This document shows positions 49,724 to 59,697 of a stretch of 64,000 nucleotides of DNA, piece by piece (positions within the stretch are counted from its first letter, which is position 1; every line of letters begins with the position of its first letter). Source of the stretch: Erysipelotrichaceae bacterium OttesenSCG-928-M19 (GTDB lineage Bacteria; Bacillota_I; Bacilli_A; JAJDGJ01). A program made the position numbers and the translations under genes. Location of the stretch: positions 2,388 through 66,387 of the forward strand of contig JAJDGJ010000001.1 of assembly GCA_030265585.1 (NCBI GenBank), in the 5' to 3' direction. Under the pieces are notes generated by a model, which was not told the origin of the DNA, searched no databases, and saw nothing but the letters and a program-made list of their open reading frames with translations.

Positions 49724-51571
49724 CTAATAAAGCTTTTTCAATTTGCCATTTGCTTTAAATTCATTAGCAGGAACATAGTATTTTTTATAATAATTTGATC
49801 GAATACTTTTCTCACTAATATCAATTGATTTTTTAATGTTCTTCTTATCAGCATCACTTAATTTATCACCATAAATAACTCCATTACGATCTATTGCATA
49901 GCCTGGACTACTATTTAGTAAATTATTTCCCATTGCTGTCTCAATGTAATACTTTTCATCAATATTCAACAAAGATAAGACAGTTGGCATTATATCAACT
50001 TGACCACCTAGTTTAGTTATTGTTTTACTATCACTAAAATCTTTATTATAAATAATAACTGGAACCTCACCATTATTAGTATATTTTAAATAATCCGTAC
50101 TTTGCTTCTTTAAAACATTATCATTATTATATTTATGAACACCTTCATGATCACCATAAATAACAATAATTGTCTCATCTAAAATACCTTGTTGATCTAG
50201 TTTATCAATAAACTTACCGATAGCATCATCTGTGTAGTGGATTGCCTGAAAATACTTTCCAAAAATATTTTTATCTAGCTCTTCACTAAACGCTAAATAT
50301 TTCATGTCATCTGGTAATTTAAAAGGTGTATGTGAGGTTTCTGTAACTGTGAATAAATAAAACTTATCATCTAGTCCCTTAATATAATCAGCAACTTGAT
50401 TTAAATGTTCTTCGTCTTTTAAACCCATAAAAAACATTTCATCCTCTTTTTCTATCATACCATCAATATCAGTATAAGTATCAAATCCTAAATGAGGCAA
50501 AAAGTTTTCTTTGTTCCAAAAATAACCCTCACCACTATGAATAGCATGTGAATGATAACCTTCATTTCGTAAGATTGATGGTAAGCTATTGTAAGTATTA
50601 TTAGGAAAACGATGACTTACTGAACCTGATTTTAAAGGTAATAGTGAAGTATTAGCCATAAAATCAGCATCCGATGAATTACCACCATTTTCTTGAGCCT
50701 TAATATTATTAAAATATAAACTATTCTTTAATAACTTATTTAAGTTTGGTGTAATCTCTTGGTTTTCCACCTCTAAATTAATAACGAAGTTTTCTAGTGA
50801 TTCAACTTGAAGGAAAATAACATTCTTGTCTTTAAAAATTCCCTCATCTTGAACATTATCATTAGCTTGACTTGCATTTTTATAAGCAAACCATTCCTCA
50901 ATATCATCATGAACATCACTTCTTTTAATAATAGTTCTTGAATCTTCTATATATGATGATAGATCATGATAATGATGACCTATTATAGAATATTTAGCCG
51001 CTGCTTCAACCTTAGTAATTGTCGTAGGAAAATAGTCATTATAATTTAAAGTAATCCCACCACAGATTAAAGGATAAATAGCCATCATAATTCTTTGACG
51101 TGAATTCATTTCTACTTCCTTAAGAGCTAATTTCTCCCAAAAACGATATGTGACAATTAAGAAAACAGGATCAATAAATAATAAAATATCCTTAAGTTGA
51201 ATTAAGGCAATAGCACTAATACCGACAACACCAAAATTGCGATATTGAGCTAAATTATAAATACTCAAATAGGAATCAAAACTGCGATAGTAAATTAAAT
51301 TTGCGAACATAAAAAGGCTTAGAATAATATCTAGGCCAATTAATATTTTTAAACTTTTCTTACCATTAAATATTAAAGCAATAGAAAAAATAGAGAATGC
51401 TGCAAATATATAAGAAACAATATATTTATTAAGGACAAACTCACTACCACTTAATGGCATACTCATTTCACTATGAACTGAGTATGTAAAATAAATCATT
51501 TTAAATAAAGTAAATATTCCTAAAACAAAGTATAATACATTAACATATCTTAAGATATTTTTTAATTTCAT
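49724..51571 (-). CDS. LTA synthase (LtaS) family protein
   Basis: N-terminal TMs; NVIFLQVESLE, EITPNLN, GNSSDADF, TSHTPF, YGDH. Confidence 0.88.
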   Translation of the reverse strand: MKLKNILRYVNVLYFVLGIFTLFKMIYFTYSVHSEMSMPLSGSEFVLNKYIVSYIFAAFSIFSIALIFNGKKSLKILIGLDIILSLFMFANLIYYRSFDSYLSIYNLAQYRNFGVVGISAIALIQLKDILLFIDPVFLIVTYRFWEKLALKEVEMNSRQRIMMAIYPLICGGITLNYNDYFPTTITKVEAAAKYSIIGHHYHDLSSYIEDSRTIIKRSDVHDDIEEWFAYKNASQANDNVQDEGIFKDKNVIFLQVESLENFVINLEVENQEITPNLNKLLKNSLYFNNIKAQENGGNSSDADFMANTSLLPLKSGSVSHRFPNNTYNSLPSILRNEGYHSHAIHSGEGYFWNKENFLPHLGFDTYTDIDGMIEKEDEMFFMGLKDEEHLNQVADYIKGLDDKFYLFTVTETSHTPFKLPDDMKYLAFSEELDKNIFGKYFQAIHYTDDAIGKFIDKLDQQGILDETIIVIYGDHEGVHKYNNDNVLKKQSTDYLKYTNNGEVPVIIYNKDFSDSKTITKLGGQVDIMPTVLSLLNIDEKYYIETAMGNNLLNSSPGYAIDRNGVIYGDKLSDADKKNIKKSIDISEKSIRSNYYKKYYVPANEFKANGKLKKLY

Positions 51572-51587
51572 TCTTAATCATCTCGTT

Positions 51588-52502
51588 TTATTTTTGAACA
51601 GTAAAGACTGATAAACATAATGTTTTAAATAATTCAGCATTGACAACCAGAGTTAAATCTATTGTTAGTACTAAATCATTATGATTGTTATAAAAATCAA
51701 TATACTCACTAATATAGTATTTATCATTAGCATCATGAGCCATTCTTACCTTAATATAATCACCATCATTAATACTAGCAACACGATATTTATTATGGTA
51801 AAGACTATCATTTGTTATTACTAAACGATCAATTTCAAAATCACCATAAGTATTATTATAATCTTTAAAAGTTGCTTCAAATTTCTTTAACGCTGCATTA
51901 TAATCATCAATAGTATATTCTTTATCTTTACCTAAAGATAAATAACGAAATCTTACCCCCTGCGAGCTAGTCATTTTACCCACAGCACGTTGTGATTTTA
52001 TTTTTGCATACGCAGTATTAATATCTTTGATCAAGACAATACTTGATTCCTTAGTTTTTGGATTTTTCAATGTTGAAGTAATTGTCTCCCAAGTCTCATT
52101 TTTATGAAAACGAAAAGCTAAAGCATCTTGCATCCCATAAGTTATTTCAGGAATACTACGATAATTAAACATTTCATCAATTTGTTTTAAAGCAAACTCA
52201 TGTTCCACATAGTTATTAACACAAAATTTAATTACTTCACCATCAAAACGAACATTCTTTCTTCTATTAACAAGCTTTTTTATTATAAATAATACTAGTG
52301 CTATTACAAAAATAGTAATTGCTACATATTTTATTAAACTATTGTATGAAGTATAGTAATTTAAAATATTAAAATGTTGCAATGAAAAAACAAGTGCTCC
52401 TAAAAAAGCAATCAGTAAAAATAATTTCGCAAAGAAACTAATAATCTTAACTCTCAAAGCAACCTTATCATAATAAATATTCATAATTATCATCACTCCC
52501 AA
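51588..52502 (-). CDS. Hypothetical membrane protein (2 N-terminal TM)
   Basis: Long ORF, two hydrophobic helices, closely spaced before the LtaS-family gene. Confidence 0.6.
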   Translation of the reverse strand: MGVMIIMNIYYDKVALRVKIISFFAKLFLLIAFLGALVFSLQHFNILNYYTSYNSLIKYVAITIFVIALVLFIIKKLVNRRKNVRFDGEVIKFCVNNYVEHEFALKQIDEMFNYRSIPEITYGMQDALAFRFHKNETWETITSTLKNPKTKESSIVLIKDINTAYAKIKSQRAVGKMTSSQGVRFRYLSLGKDKEYTIDDYNAALKKFEATFKDYNNTYGDFEIDRLVITNDSLYHNKYRVASINDGDYIKVRMAHDANDKYYISEYIDFYNNHNDLVLTIDLTLVVNAELFKTLCLSVFTVQK

Positions 52503-52633
52503 CTAAACAACATTATACCATATTTATAAAGATGGTTAAGTAAAAACATAAAAAATACGATAACTTCTTAATGGGTATGTTTAAATATACATAACTACTA
52601 TAAAATTATCGTTTATTATTATTAATACTTTAT

Positions 52634-53389
52634 TTAAAAACTAAATTCCTTATTATTGAAATCCTCAATAAAATTAATGACATCATCATTAATTGATAAA
52701 TCAAGATCTTGCATTTTTCTATCTATTTCTACTAGCATCTCTGTTGTTAAATTACGATCTAAATATGGGAATAAAATATTATCTTCCTTATAAATATGAT
52801 CTTTCAACATTAAGCAATATTCAGTAATTAATTGTGAAATCTCTTTAACATCACTTGAACTAACTAGCTTTGAGCGATACTCTCGACTTTGTTCATGTTC
52901 TTGATACATAGCCTTTAAAATATCATTTTTTTCAAATAGATAGAACAACATATCTTCTTCTTTACCATGATGAAAATCATCTGCATAATATTTAAAAAAG
53001 TAGAGTAACTTTTCTACCTCCTGGGCATACTTTATCAGAAAGTTAGGTTGTCTAATAATATATTCTGCTATATAAACTAATTCAGTTATCTTGCGATGCT
53101 CCTCAATTAACATTTCTACAATCGCACTATACTTATCTTTTTTAGTTAATGGAGTAAAGACTTTAATTTCTTTAGTTTTTTGAGTAACCAAGTCATTTAA
53201 ATTCTCAAACATCGCTATTTGATCACCACTAGAAAAATTATGGATCTCAAATAAATCTTTTAAGAGACAAGTTCCCACACTACAATCAACACAGAAGATT
53301 TCGTTTTTTTCAAGAAAGTCTCTAGTAATAGGATATTCATTAATAACTTCATTAATCGGCATATTCAGATTAAGCACTGATTTCACCAC
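52634..53389 (-). CDS. Hemerythrin-domain protein with N-terminal DUF1858/ScdA-like domain
   Basis: INEVINEYP..CVDCSVGTC; EH..HHGKEE..EH..HIYKEDNILFP. Confidence 0.85.
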   Translation of the reverse strand: MVKSVLNLNMPINEVINEYPITRDFLEKNEIFCVDCSVGTCLLKDLFEIHNFSSGDQIAMFENLNDLVTQKTKEIKVFTPLTKKDKYSAIVEMLIEEHRKITELVYIAEYIIRQPNFLIKYAQEVEKLLYFFKYYADDFHHGKEEDMLFYLFEKNDILKAMYQEHEQSREYRSKLVSSSDVKEISQLITEYCLMLKDHIYKEDNILFPYLDRNLTTEMLVEIDRKMQDLDLSINDDVINFIEDFNNKEFSF

Positions 53390-53738
53390 CTAAAGTAATA
53401 ACATAAGTTTCTAATTCGATGTCCTTATCAGCATTTTTTATGGCTCGTCGTGTTGCATCTTCAATACCCATACAACATGGTACTTCCATACGTACAACAA
53501 CTATTTTCTTAATATCATTATTACTAATTATTTCAGTTAATTTATTTGAATAATCAATATCATCTAATTTAGGACAACCAATAATTGTAACCTTATCTTT
53601 AATAAATTTATCATGAAAATCTTTAAAGGCATAGGCACAACAATCAGCTGCTATTAATAAGGTAGCTTGATCAAACGATTGATGTTGAAAGTCAATTAAT
53701 TTAATTTGAATTGGCCATTGTTTTAATTCTGATTTCAT
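53370..53738 (-). CDS. Stand-alone C-terminal domain of the hcp-associated Fe-S protein
   Basis: SELKQWPIQIKL, LLIAADC, IGCPKLD, RMEVPCC; lacks the usual N-terminal 4Fe-4S ferredoxin domain. Confidence 0.75.
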   Translation of the reverse strand: MKSELKQWPIQIKLIDFQHQSFDQATLLIAADCCAYAFKDFHDKFIKDKVTIIGCPKLDDIDYSNKLTEIISNNDIKKIVVVRMEVPCCMGIEDATRRAIKNADKDIELETYVITLGGEISA

Positions 53739-53799
53739 TATTATCTCACTCTTTTCTTTTATTATTAAATATAGTATACTACAAATAATAACTTATTAA

Positions 53800-53815
53800 T
53801 GTTGCAATTGCAACG
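53800..53815. promoter_or_regulatory. Palindromic Crp/Fnr (HcpR-type) operator
   Basis: TGTTGC-AATT-GCAACG centred at -41.5 relative to the minus-strand TATACT -10 (53778-53773); abuts the regulator RBS. Confidence 0.75.
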
Positions 53816-53820
53816 AAAGG

Positions 53821-54483
53821 GTGATGATTATGTTATTAAATAGCTTATTTAATAATAATGAGCTTTTTACAAATATTAATTTATCGACAAGGAATAAACT
53901 TGGTGAATATTTTGAAATAATAAAAGTTTCAAAAAATCAAATTATCTTTAATGAGGGTGATTGCCTTAAGAGAATTTATTTTGTTGTTGAAGGCCTTGTT
54001 GAAATATCGAAATATGATCTTGATGGTAATAAAAACATTGTCGCTTTAATAGAGACAAATGATCTTTTTGCGGAATCAGTTGCTTTAGCTACTGATACAA
54101 TCTCACCCTATCAAACAATGAGTTTAGTTGATTCAACTATCGCTACTTTGACAATTGCTAACTTGATGCAACTAGTACAATTAGAAAATCAAATCTCAAT
54201 TAATTTATTAAAAATACTAGCCACTAAAAACACTTATTTAACTTTTAAGATCGATTGTCTATCGCAAGTTAGTATTAAAGAAAAAGTCTTTGAATTATTA
54301 AGATATTACCATCTTAAACAACAACGTAGCAGGATAACACTACCTTTTAATAAAAGTCAACTTGCTGAGTTTCTTTGTGTAAACCGTTCTGCTCTATCAA
54401 GAGTTCTAACACAAATGGAACAAGAGGATATTTTTAGCTATCATAATAAAACCTATACTCTTAATCCATTTTATTTTAATTAG
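53821..54483 (+). CDS. Crp/Fnr family transcriptional regulator (HcpR-like)
   Basis: cNMP-binding-like domain (IFNEGD..LFAE), HTH LPFNKSQLAEFLCVNRSALSRVL. Confidence 0.9.
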   Translation: MMIMLLNSLFNNNELFTNINLSTRNKLGEYFEIIKVSKNQIIFNEGDCLKRIYFVVEGLVEISKYDLDGNKNIVALIETNDLFAESVALATDTISPYQTMSLVDSTIATLTIANLMQLVQLENQISINLLKILATKNTYLTFKIDCLSQVSIKEKVFELLRYYHLKQQRSRITLPFNKSQLAEFLCVNRSALSRVLTQMEQEDIFSYHNKTYTLNPFYFN

Positions 54484-54574
54484 AATAGATTGTTTTAAAG
54501 TCTCATTATGATATAATATTTCAAAATATATTACTTAATTTATTTTATAGTCTTATTTAGGAAAGGAGTTAGTT

Positions 54575-55525
54575 ATGAAAAATAGAATTAGTATTAATAA
54601 TATTGAAGAGGCAGCTAGAATAATTGATCCAATTTTTCTAAATACGCCACAATATGAAGTTGCAGCCATTAATAAAATGTTTGATAATTCGATTCTCTTT
54701 AAAATTGAAACCTTAAATCCTATTAGAAGTTTTAAGGGGCGCGGCACTTCTTACTATGCCTCTAAACTTAAAAAAGATGATACAATAGTGGTTGCTAGTG
54801 CAGGTAATTTAGGTCAAGCTTTAGCTTATGTATGTCAAAAAAATGGTATGAATGCTATTGTTTTTGCAGCAAAGAATGCTAATGAGTTTAAAATAAAACA
54901 AATGAGATTACTAAATGCTGATGTAAGATTAGTAGGCAAGGATTTTGATGAAGCCAAAGAAGTAGCTGCTGAGTTTGCTAAAAAAAACAACTATCAATTA
55001 TTAGTAGATAGCTTAGATGTTGAAACCTGTGAAGGAGCAGGCACGATTGCTAAAGAGCTTATTGCTGAACATCAAAACATTGATACTGTTTTAGTTGCTT
55101 TAGGAAATGGTGCTATGTTAACTGGAATCGGAACCTATTTTAAAGAATATTCACCGCAAACAAAAGTGATCGGTGTTGCAGCTAAAGGCGCACCTGCAAT
55201 GGCTGATTCATTTCTCCAAAAGAAAGTTATTGAATATCCTAGTTATTCAACTATAGCTGATGGTATTGCAGGAAGAACTTGCTTCAAAGAATGTCTTGCT
55301 GATATGGAACTCGTTGTTGATGATGTTATTAAAGTTAGCGATGAGACAATGATTGAGGCAATGAAAATCATTCACGAAAAGCTTGGTCTTGTCGTTGAGG
55401 CATCAGGTGCTATTTGTCTTGGTGCTATCCTTGATAATCCAGAACACTATAAACATAAAAAAGTTGCTGTTATTGTTTGTGGTAGTAATCTAAATCCAGA
55501 ACAAATAAATACCTATCTACTCTAA
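54575..55525 (+). CDS. PLP-dependent threonine/serine dehydratase-like enzyme (fold type II)
   Basis: KIETLNPIRSFKGRG, ASAGNLGQ, GNG, TIADGI, EASGA, CGSN. Confidence 0.85.
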   Translation: MKNRISINNIEEAARIIDPIFLNTPQYEVAAINKMFDNSILFKIETLNPIRSFKGRGTSYYASKLKKDDTIVVASAGNLGQALAYVCQKNGMNAIVFAAKNANEFKIKQMRLLNADVRLVGKDFDEAKEVAAEFAKKNNYQLLVDSLDVETCEGAGTIAKELIAEHQNIDTVLVALGNGAMLTGIGTYFKEYSPQTKVIGVAAKGAPAMADSFLQKKVIEYPSYSTIADGIAGRTCFKECLADMELVVDDVIKVSDETMIEAMKIIHEKLGLVVEASGAICLGAILDNPEHYKHKKVAVIVCGSNLNPEQINTYLL

Positions 55526-55544
55526 AATAAAACCTCAAAGTTAC

Positions 55545-56549
55545 TTAACTACGAGGTTTTTCTTCAATTAATAAATATTTACGATTTTTATTTACTCCTT
55601 TAGCACTTAAAATTCCTAAACTAACAAACTTGCTTAAATACCGTCTAATAGTTGAAGGACTTCTTCCACTAAGTTGGGCTGCTTTGGAGTTAGATATTTC
55701 ATTATTATCTTTTAAAAATGGATATATTTCATAAAAAAAAGCTAATTCTTTACTCGTTAATTTATCACTTAACGATAGTTTTCCGTTATCACTATTTTTA
55801 TCTATACAATATTTCGTTACTATCTCATGAATAGCTTCTAACATAAACTCAATAAACATTGTTGCATTATTTTCTTTATTTCCAATACTTAACATTTCAT
55901 AGTATTTTAATTGATTTTCATATACAATAGTTTCAACCGGTATCCATTCAAAAATAGAATGCCACTTTGCTAAAATTAAATTTTGCCACAAACGACCCAT
56001 TCGTCCATTTCCATCTTCAAAAGGATGAATCATCTCAATTTCAAAATGAATAAGACAACTCTTAATTAATTCGGGCATTTCATCATTTTTTAAACATTCA
56101 AATAATTCACTCACCAGTTTATTAATATATTGTGGTCTAGCACCAATATGAACAACTCTACCACTTTCATCATAAACACCAACATCCTTATTTCTAAAAG
56201 ATCCACTTTCTTCAACTAAATCCTTTGTTATTAATTTATGAATTGTTAAAAAATCGTCTATTGAATAAGGATCCATTTTAAAAGCTAACTCATATGCCTC
56301 ATATGCATTCTTAACCTCACAAATTTCTTTTGGTGCTCCTATAATTTTTTTACCATTAATAATATTTGTTACCTGTTCAATTGACAGTGTATTATTTTCA
56401 ATTGCTAAAGATGACTGGATTGAATAAATTCGATTATTTCTTCTTAATAATAAATTTCTTTCTTTCTCTAATTCTAATTCTGTTAGCTTTTGTGATATTT
56501 CAATTATCAAATTTAACATATTACTTGTTATCGAAAACGGGGTTATCAT
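55545..56549 (-). CDS. Fic-domain protein with C-terminal winged HTH
   Basis: SSLAIENN inhibitory-type motif, canonical HPFEDGNGRMGR, C-term SNSKAAQLSGRSPSTIRRYL..GIL...G. Confidence 0.92.
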   Translation of the reverse strand: MITPFSITSNMLNLIIEISQKLTELELEKERNLLLRRNNRIYSIQSSLAIENNTLSIEQVTNIINGKKIIGAPKEICEVKNAYEAYELAFKMDPYSIDDFLTIHKLITKDLVEESGSFRNKDVGVYDESGRVVHIGARPQYINKLVSELFECLKNDEMPELIKSCLIHFEIEMIHPFEDGNGRMGRLWQNLILAKWHSIFEWIPVETIVYENQLKYYEMLSIGNKENNATMFIEFMLEAIHEIVTKYCIDKNSDNGKLSLSDKLTSKELAFFYEIYPFLKDNNEISNSKAAQLSGRSPSTIRRYLSKFVSLGILSAKGVNKNRKYLLIEEKPRS

Positions 56550-56577
56550 AATACTACCTCCAATCTTATTTATCTAT

Positions 56578-56606
56578 ATTATATCAAAAACCATACTTTT
56601 CATCAA
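56578..56606 (-). promoter_or_regulatory. Sigma-A promoter of the fic gene
   Basis: TTGATG-17 nt-TATAAT with TG extension; RBS GGAGGT downstream. Confidence 0.7.
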
Positions 56607-56610
56607 CAAA

Positions 56611-56646
56611 CTGAGCGATAAATTGAGCGATAAATTGAGCGATAAA
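56611..56646 (+). repeat. Tandem 12-bp repeat x3 (YTGAGCGATAAA)
   Basis: CTGAGCGATAAA TTGAGCGATAAA TTGAGCGATAAA read directly; immediately upstream of the fic -35. Confidence 0.95.
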
Positions 56647-56686
56647 AAACAGTACCCTAACTTTAATTTAGTCGTACTGTTTTTTA
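56645..56686 (-). terminator. Terminator after the pck-like gene
   Basis: AAAAAACAGTAC..GTACTGTTTTTT inverted repeat. Confidence 0.7.
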
Positions 56687-56687
56687 C

Positions 56688-58412
56688 TTATTTATTTAAA
56701 AACTTCAATAATTCAATAGCTGCTGCTTTAGGGCCACTTGTTTCATAGCCTTTAATACCTAATTTAGTTTTTAATTGTCCTACTCTAATACCTTGATCAA
56801 AGAACATCTTAAAATATTTATCTATTAAAGGATCTGTTTGTTCTTGACGTTGTACCGGTCCAAAAGGATTCGCAAAATATGATTTAACTAAACCAACTTC
56901 TTGCGTTGTTCCTTTCGCAAGTCTTGCCCCATCAATAAATACTTGTTTAGCAGTAGCTAAATCATTAAAGATTTCAACTGGTTTATTATCATCATCATAA
57001 TTATTCGCATATAAGAATAAATCAATTTCATAACCTTTAGTTATCTCTTCATAAGTTGCTACTGGAATAACAATACGGGCATTAATTTTATCTGGATTCA
57101 TAAAAATTGAACGATCTATTGTTCGATAAGCATAACCAGTATCTAAGTCATCCAAGCGAACAAAAGCTCCTATTTCTGTCCCGTAAGCTTTTATCTTATC
57201 ATCTTCATCAAAGATAATTCCCATATCATCAAAAATAATCTTAATATCTCTAATTCCATTATCTTCTAATGTTCTTAATGCTTCCAAAGTCTCTGATTTT
57301 CCTGCTCCACTATCACCCATGATAACAATATTTTTAGTCTCATTGTTATCCATTGTTATTACAGCCATTGCACCATGAATTGGTAATCCACCCTGATTAA
57401 TTCCTTTAACATTATGCAATGTCAAAATCATTTTCTTCATATAGCCAAAATAATCAAATTCATCACTATATGAAGCATAACCGACAAACAAATCATTATC
57501 ACTATCATGGTAGAAACAAGTCTTTTCAACTTCATCTTTAACTCCAAAAACATAAATCATATCAGGATCACTAAATTTAACAGTATCTAAATCAGCCAAT
57601 TCAAAAAGGTTTGCTAATGTAACACCCATTGACATAAAATCTTTATGAAAATAAATCAAAGCAAAGAACTTACCTACTTTAGCTGGATAACAAAGAAAAT
57701 CGTTTTTATCCATTTCAACATCTTTAATTGGATTTTCAAATACTTCTTTAAAGATACCATCCCTTGTATTACGACGAGGATAAGTAATGAATGGTGGATG
57801 AAGAATAATTGCTTCAATAATAGGAATTGGTCGTAAAACCTCATAAATCCCTTGCTCACAATTCAAACGATATTCATTAACAACAATTCCTGCATTTACA
57901 CCAGCAATCAACTGACGATATACTCTGTTTTTCTTACCCATGATTGTTTCTGATACTTTACGATAAGTTTCCAAAATCAATGACTCAAAATCACTATGTG
58001 ACTGAATAAACTGAGCATTTTGAATTCCTTTTTGTGATTTATTATTATAGACTAAAGCATATCTTTCTAAAGAACGCCAATAGTTATACATTGTTTCAAC
58101 AAATTCTAACAAACTATCTTTAGCTTTAATATATGCAATATAATCCTTGTGAACTTTTTTAACTTCATCCAGATCCATAACTAATAGTAATTTGAACATC
58201 GTTACTAATTCATCAACTAAAGTACTATCATCAGGTTCAATTTTATTTAAAGCATAGTATAATGGTTTTCCTTTTCTTTTTAAATATAATAGATGTACTT
58301 CAACAACTTTCTTAAAGCCGCGACTATCTAACAACTCCACACTTGAAGTACAATAATACTTTGTAAAGTTTAAAACTGCATTTGTATGACTAATTGTAAA
58401 TGATTTTGCCAT
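56688..58412 (-). CDS. Phosphoenolpyruvate carboxykinase-like protein (about 580-aa Firmicute/spirochaete type)
   Basis: YFGYMKKMILTLHN, LPIHGAM, GDSGAGKSE P-loop, IFDDMG, GTEIGAFVRLDDL, FANPFGP. Confidence 0.75.
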   Translation of the reverse strand: MAKSFTISHTNAVLNFTKYYCTSSVELLDSRGFKKVVEVHLLYLKRKGKPLYYALNKIEPDDSTLVDELVTMFKLLLVMDLDEVKKVHKDYIAYIKAKDSLLEFVETMYNYWRSLERYALVYNNKSQKGIQNAQFIQSHSDFESLILETYRKVSETIMGKKNRVYRQLIAGVNAGIVVNEYRLNCEQGIYEVLRPIPIIEAIILHPPFITYPRRNTRDGIFKEVFENPIKDVEMDKNDFLCYPAKVGKFFALIYFHKDFMSMGVTLANLFELADLDTVKFSDPDMIYVFGVKDEVEKTCFYHDSDNDLFVGYASYSDEFDYFGYMKKMILTLHNVKGINQGGLPIHGAMAVITMDNNETKNIVIMGDSGAGKSETLEALRTLEDNGIRDIKIIFDDMGIIFDEDDKIKAYGTEIGAFVRLDDLDTGYAYRTIDRSIFMNPDKINARIVIPVATYEEITKGYEIDLFLYANNYDDDNKPVEIFNDLATAKQVFIDGARLAKGTTQEVGLVKSYFANPFGPVQRQEQTDPLIDKYFKMFFDQGIRVGQLKTKLGIKGYETSGPKAAAIELLKFLNK

Positions 58413-58431
58413 TATACCACTCCTTCTTTTC

Positions 58432-59433
58432 TTATAGTAATATTATATTATGTTCCTCACATTTTTCAACCATTTCTTTACTCCAGATTGAACTTTGTAC
58501 TTCTCCAATATGCATCTTCTCTAAAAAGAACATACAAAGTCGCGATTGCCCAATTCCACCACCAACGGTTTGTGGCAGTTGTCTATTTAAAACATCTTGG
58601 TGATATGGTAAAGTAGCACGATCCATAGCATCAGCTGCTTCTAATTGTTTTAATAAACTTTTTTCATCAACTCTAATACCCATACTTGATAGTTCAATAC
58701 CACTATCTAAAATCGGATTATAGAAAATGATATCTCCATTTAACTCCCAATCATCATAGTCTGGTGCACGCATATCATGAGGCATTCCATTAGAAAGTTT
58801 TTTACCAATCTGTTTAATGAAAACTGCCTTATGTTCCTTAACAATTGCATTTTCACGACCTTTATCATCTAAGTCAGGATAAAGATCATATAGCTCTTGG
58901 GAAGTAATGAAAAATATTTCGTCTGGTAACTTTCTAGTAAGTTGCGGATATAATGCATTAATATACTCCTCTGTCATCTTAAAGACTTCAAAAATATCTT
59001 TAACAATTTTCTCTAGCATTTCATCTGTTCTTTCATCCCTGTTTATTATTTTTTCCCAATCCCATTGATCGACGTATAAGGAATGAATATTTGATAAATC
59101 TTCATGTTTTCTGATGGCATTCATATCAGTATAAAGCCCCGTCCCCTTTTCAAAGAAATACCTTTTTAAAGCCTTTCTTTTCCATTTAGCAAGTGAATGA
59201 ACAATTTGTAAATTACTCATATCGGCTGTCGAGAAAGTGACTGGTGTTTCCACACCGGATAAATTGTCATTTAAACCACTATCACCCTGTACAAATAAAG
59301 GAGCTGGAACTCTAGTTAATGATAACTTTTCCGCAAAATGCTTATCAAAATAATCCTTCACCTCTTTAATTGCTTTTTGTGTTTCAATCACATTCATTTT
59401 TGGTTGATAATCTTTATCAAGTTTTAATGTCAT
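58432..59433 (-). CDS. asnA: Aspartate--ammonia ligase
   Basis: GLNDNLSGVE, VHSLAKWKR, HSLYVDQWDWE, RAPDYDDW, GGGIGQSR; RBS AAGGAGG before ATG 59433. Confidence 0.96.
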   Translation of the reverse strand: MTLKLDKDYQPKMNVIETQKAIKEVKDYFDKHFAEKLSLTRVPAPLFVQGDSGLNDNLSGVETPVTFSTADMSNLQIVHSLAKWKRKALKRYFFEKGTGLYTDMNAIRKHEDLSNIHSLYVDQWDWEKIINRDERTDEMLEKIVKDIFEVFKMTEEYINALYPQLTRKLPDEIFFITSQELYDLYPDLDDKGRENAIVKEHKAVFIKQIGKKLSNGMPHDMRAPDYDDWELNGDIIFYNPILDSGIELSSMGIRVDEKSLLKQLEAADAMDRATLPYHQDVLNRQLPQTVGGGIGQSRLCMFFLEKMHIGEVQSSIWSKEMVEKCEEHNIILL

Positions 59434-59453
59434 ATTAATATCCTCCTTTATAA

Positions 59454-59682
59454 TAAAAAAAGTCCCTTCCTTAGAAGCGACTAGCACGGTACCATTCTAA
59501 TTAATATCAAATTATTATTTGATATCATCTCTTTTTTGTAACGAGTATTCCCCGGGATAGTCTACTCTTAGTTCTCCTATCCAACTCCTAGAGTGTTCCC
59601 TTATAAACTTCTCTTAGGCTTTTCCAGCAACTAGCCCTCTCTTTAAGATACTATTTTTATAAGATTCTCTATTCACAGTTAT
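59454..59682 (-). promoter_or_regulatory. T-box riboswitch 2 (Asn specifier AAC)
   Basis: Stem I with AGAGA/GCTG loops, GGAACA specifier loop, AGTA stem II, CGTTA, AGAATGGTACCGTG T-box, terminator with U run. Confidence 0.9.
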
Positions 59683-59697
59683 TAATTATTCATTTGA

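Noticed and set aside
56611-56646. CRISPR array or plasmid iterons
   Set aside because: Units are contiguous 12-mers without spacers, and no cas or rep gene is nearby; reported instead as a fic-associated array.
3063-58603. Other short (60-90 aa) ORFs nested in or antisense to long genes (e.g. 3063, 9424, 9804, 15718, 16849, 22272, 30138, 31690, 32329, 40999, 42329, 46641, 48066, 54553, 56366, 57645, 57674, 58400)
   Set aside because: They overlap well-supported genes and show no recognisable motifs; treated as spurious.
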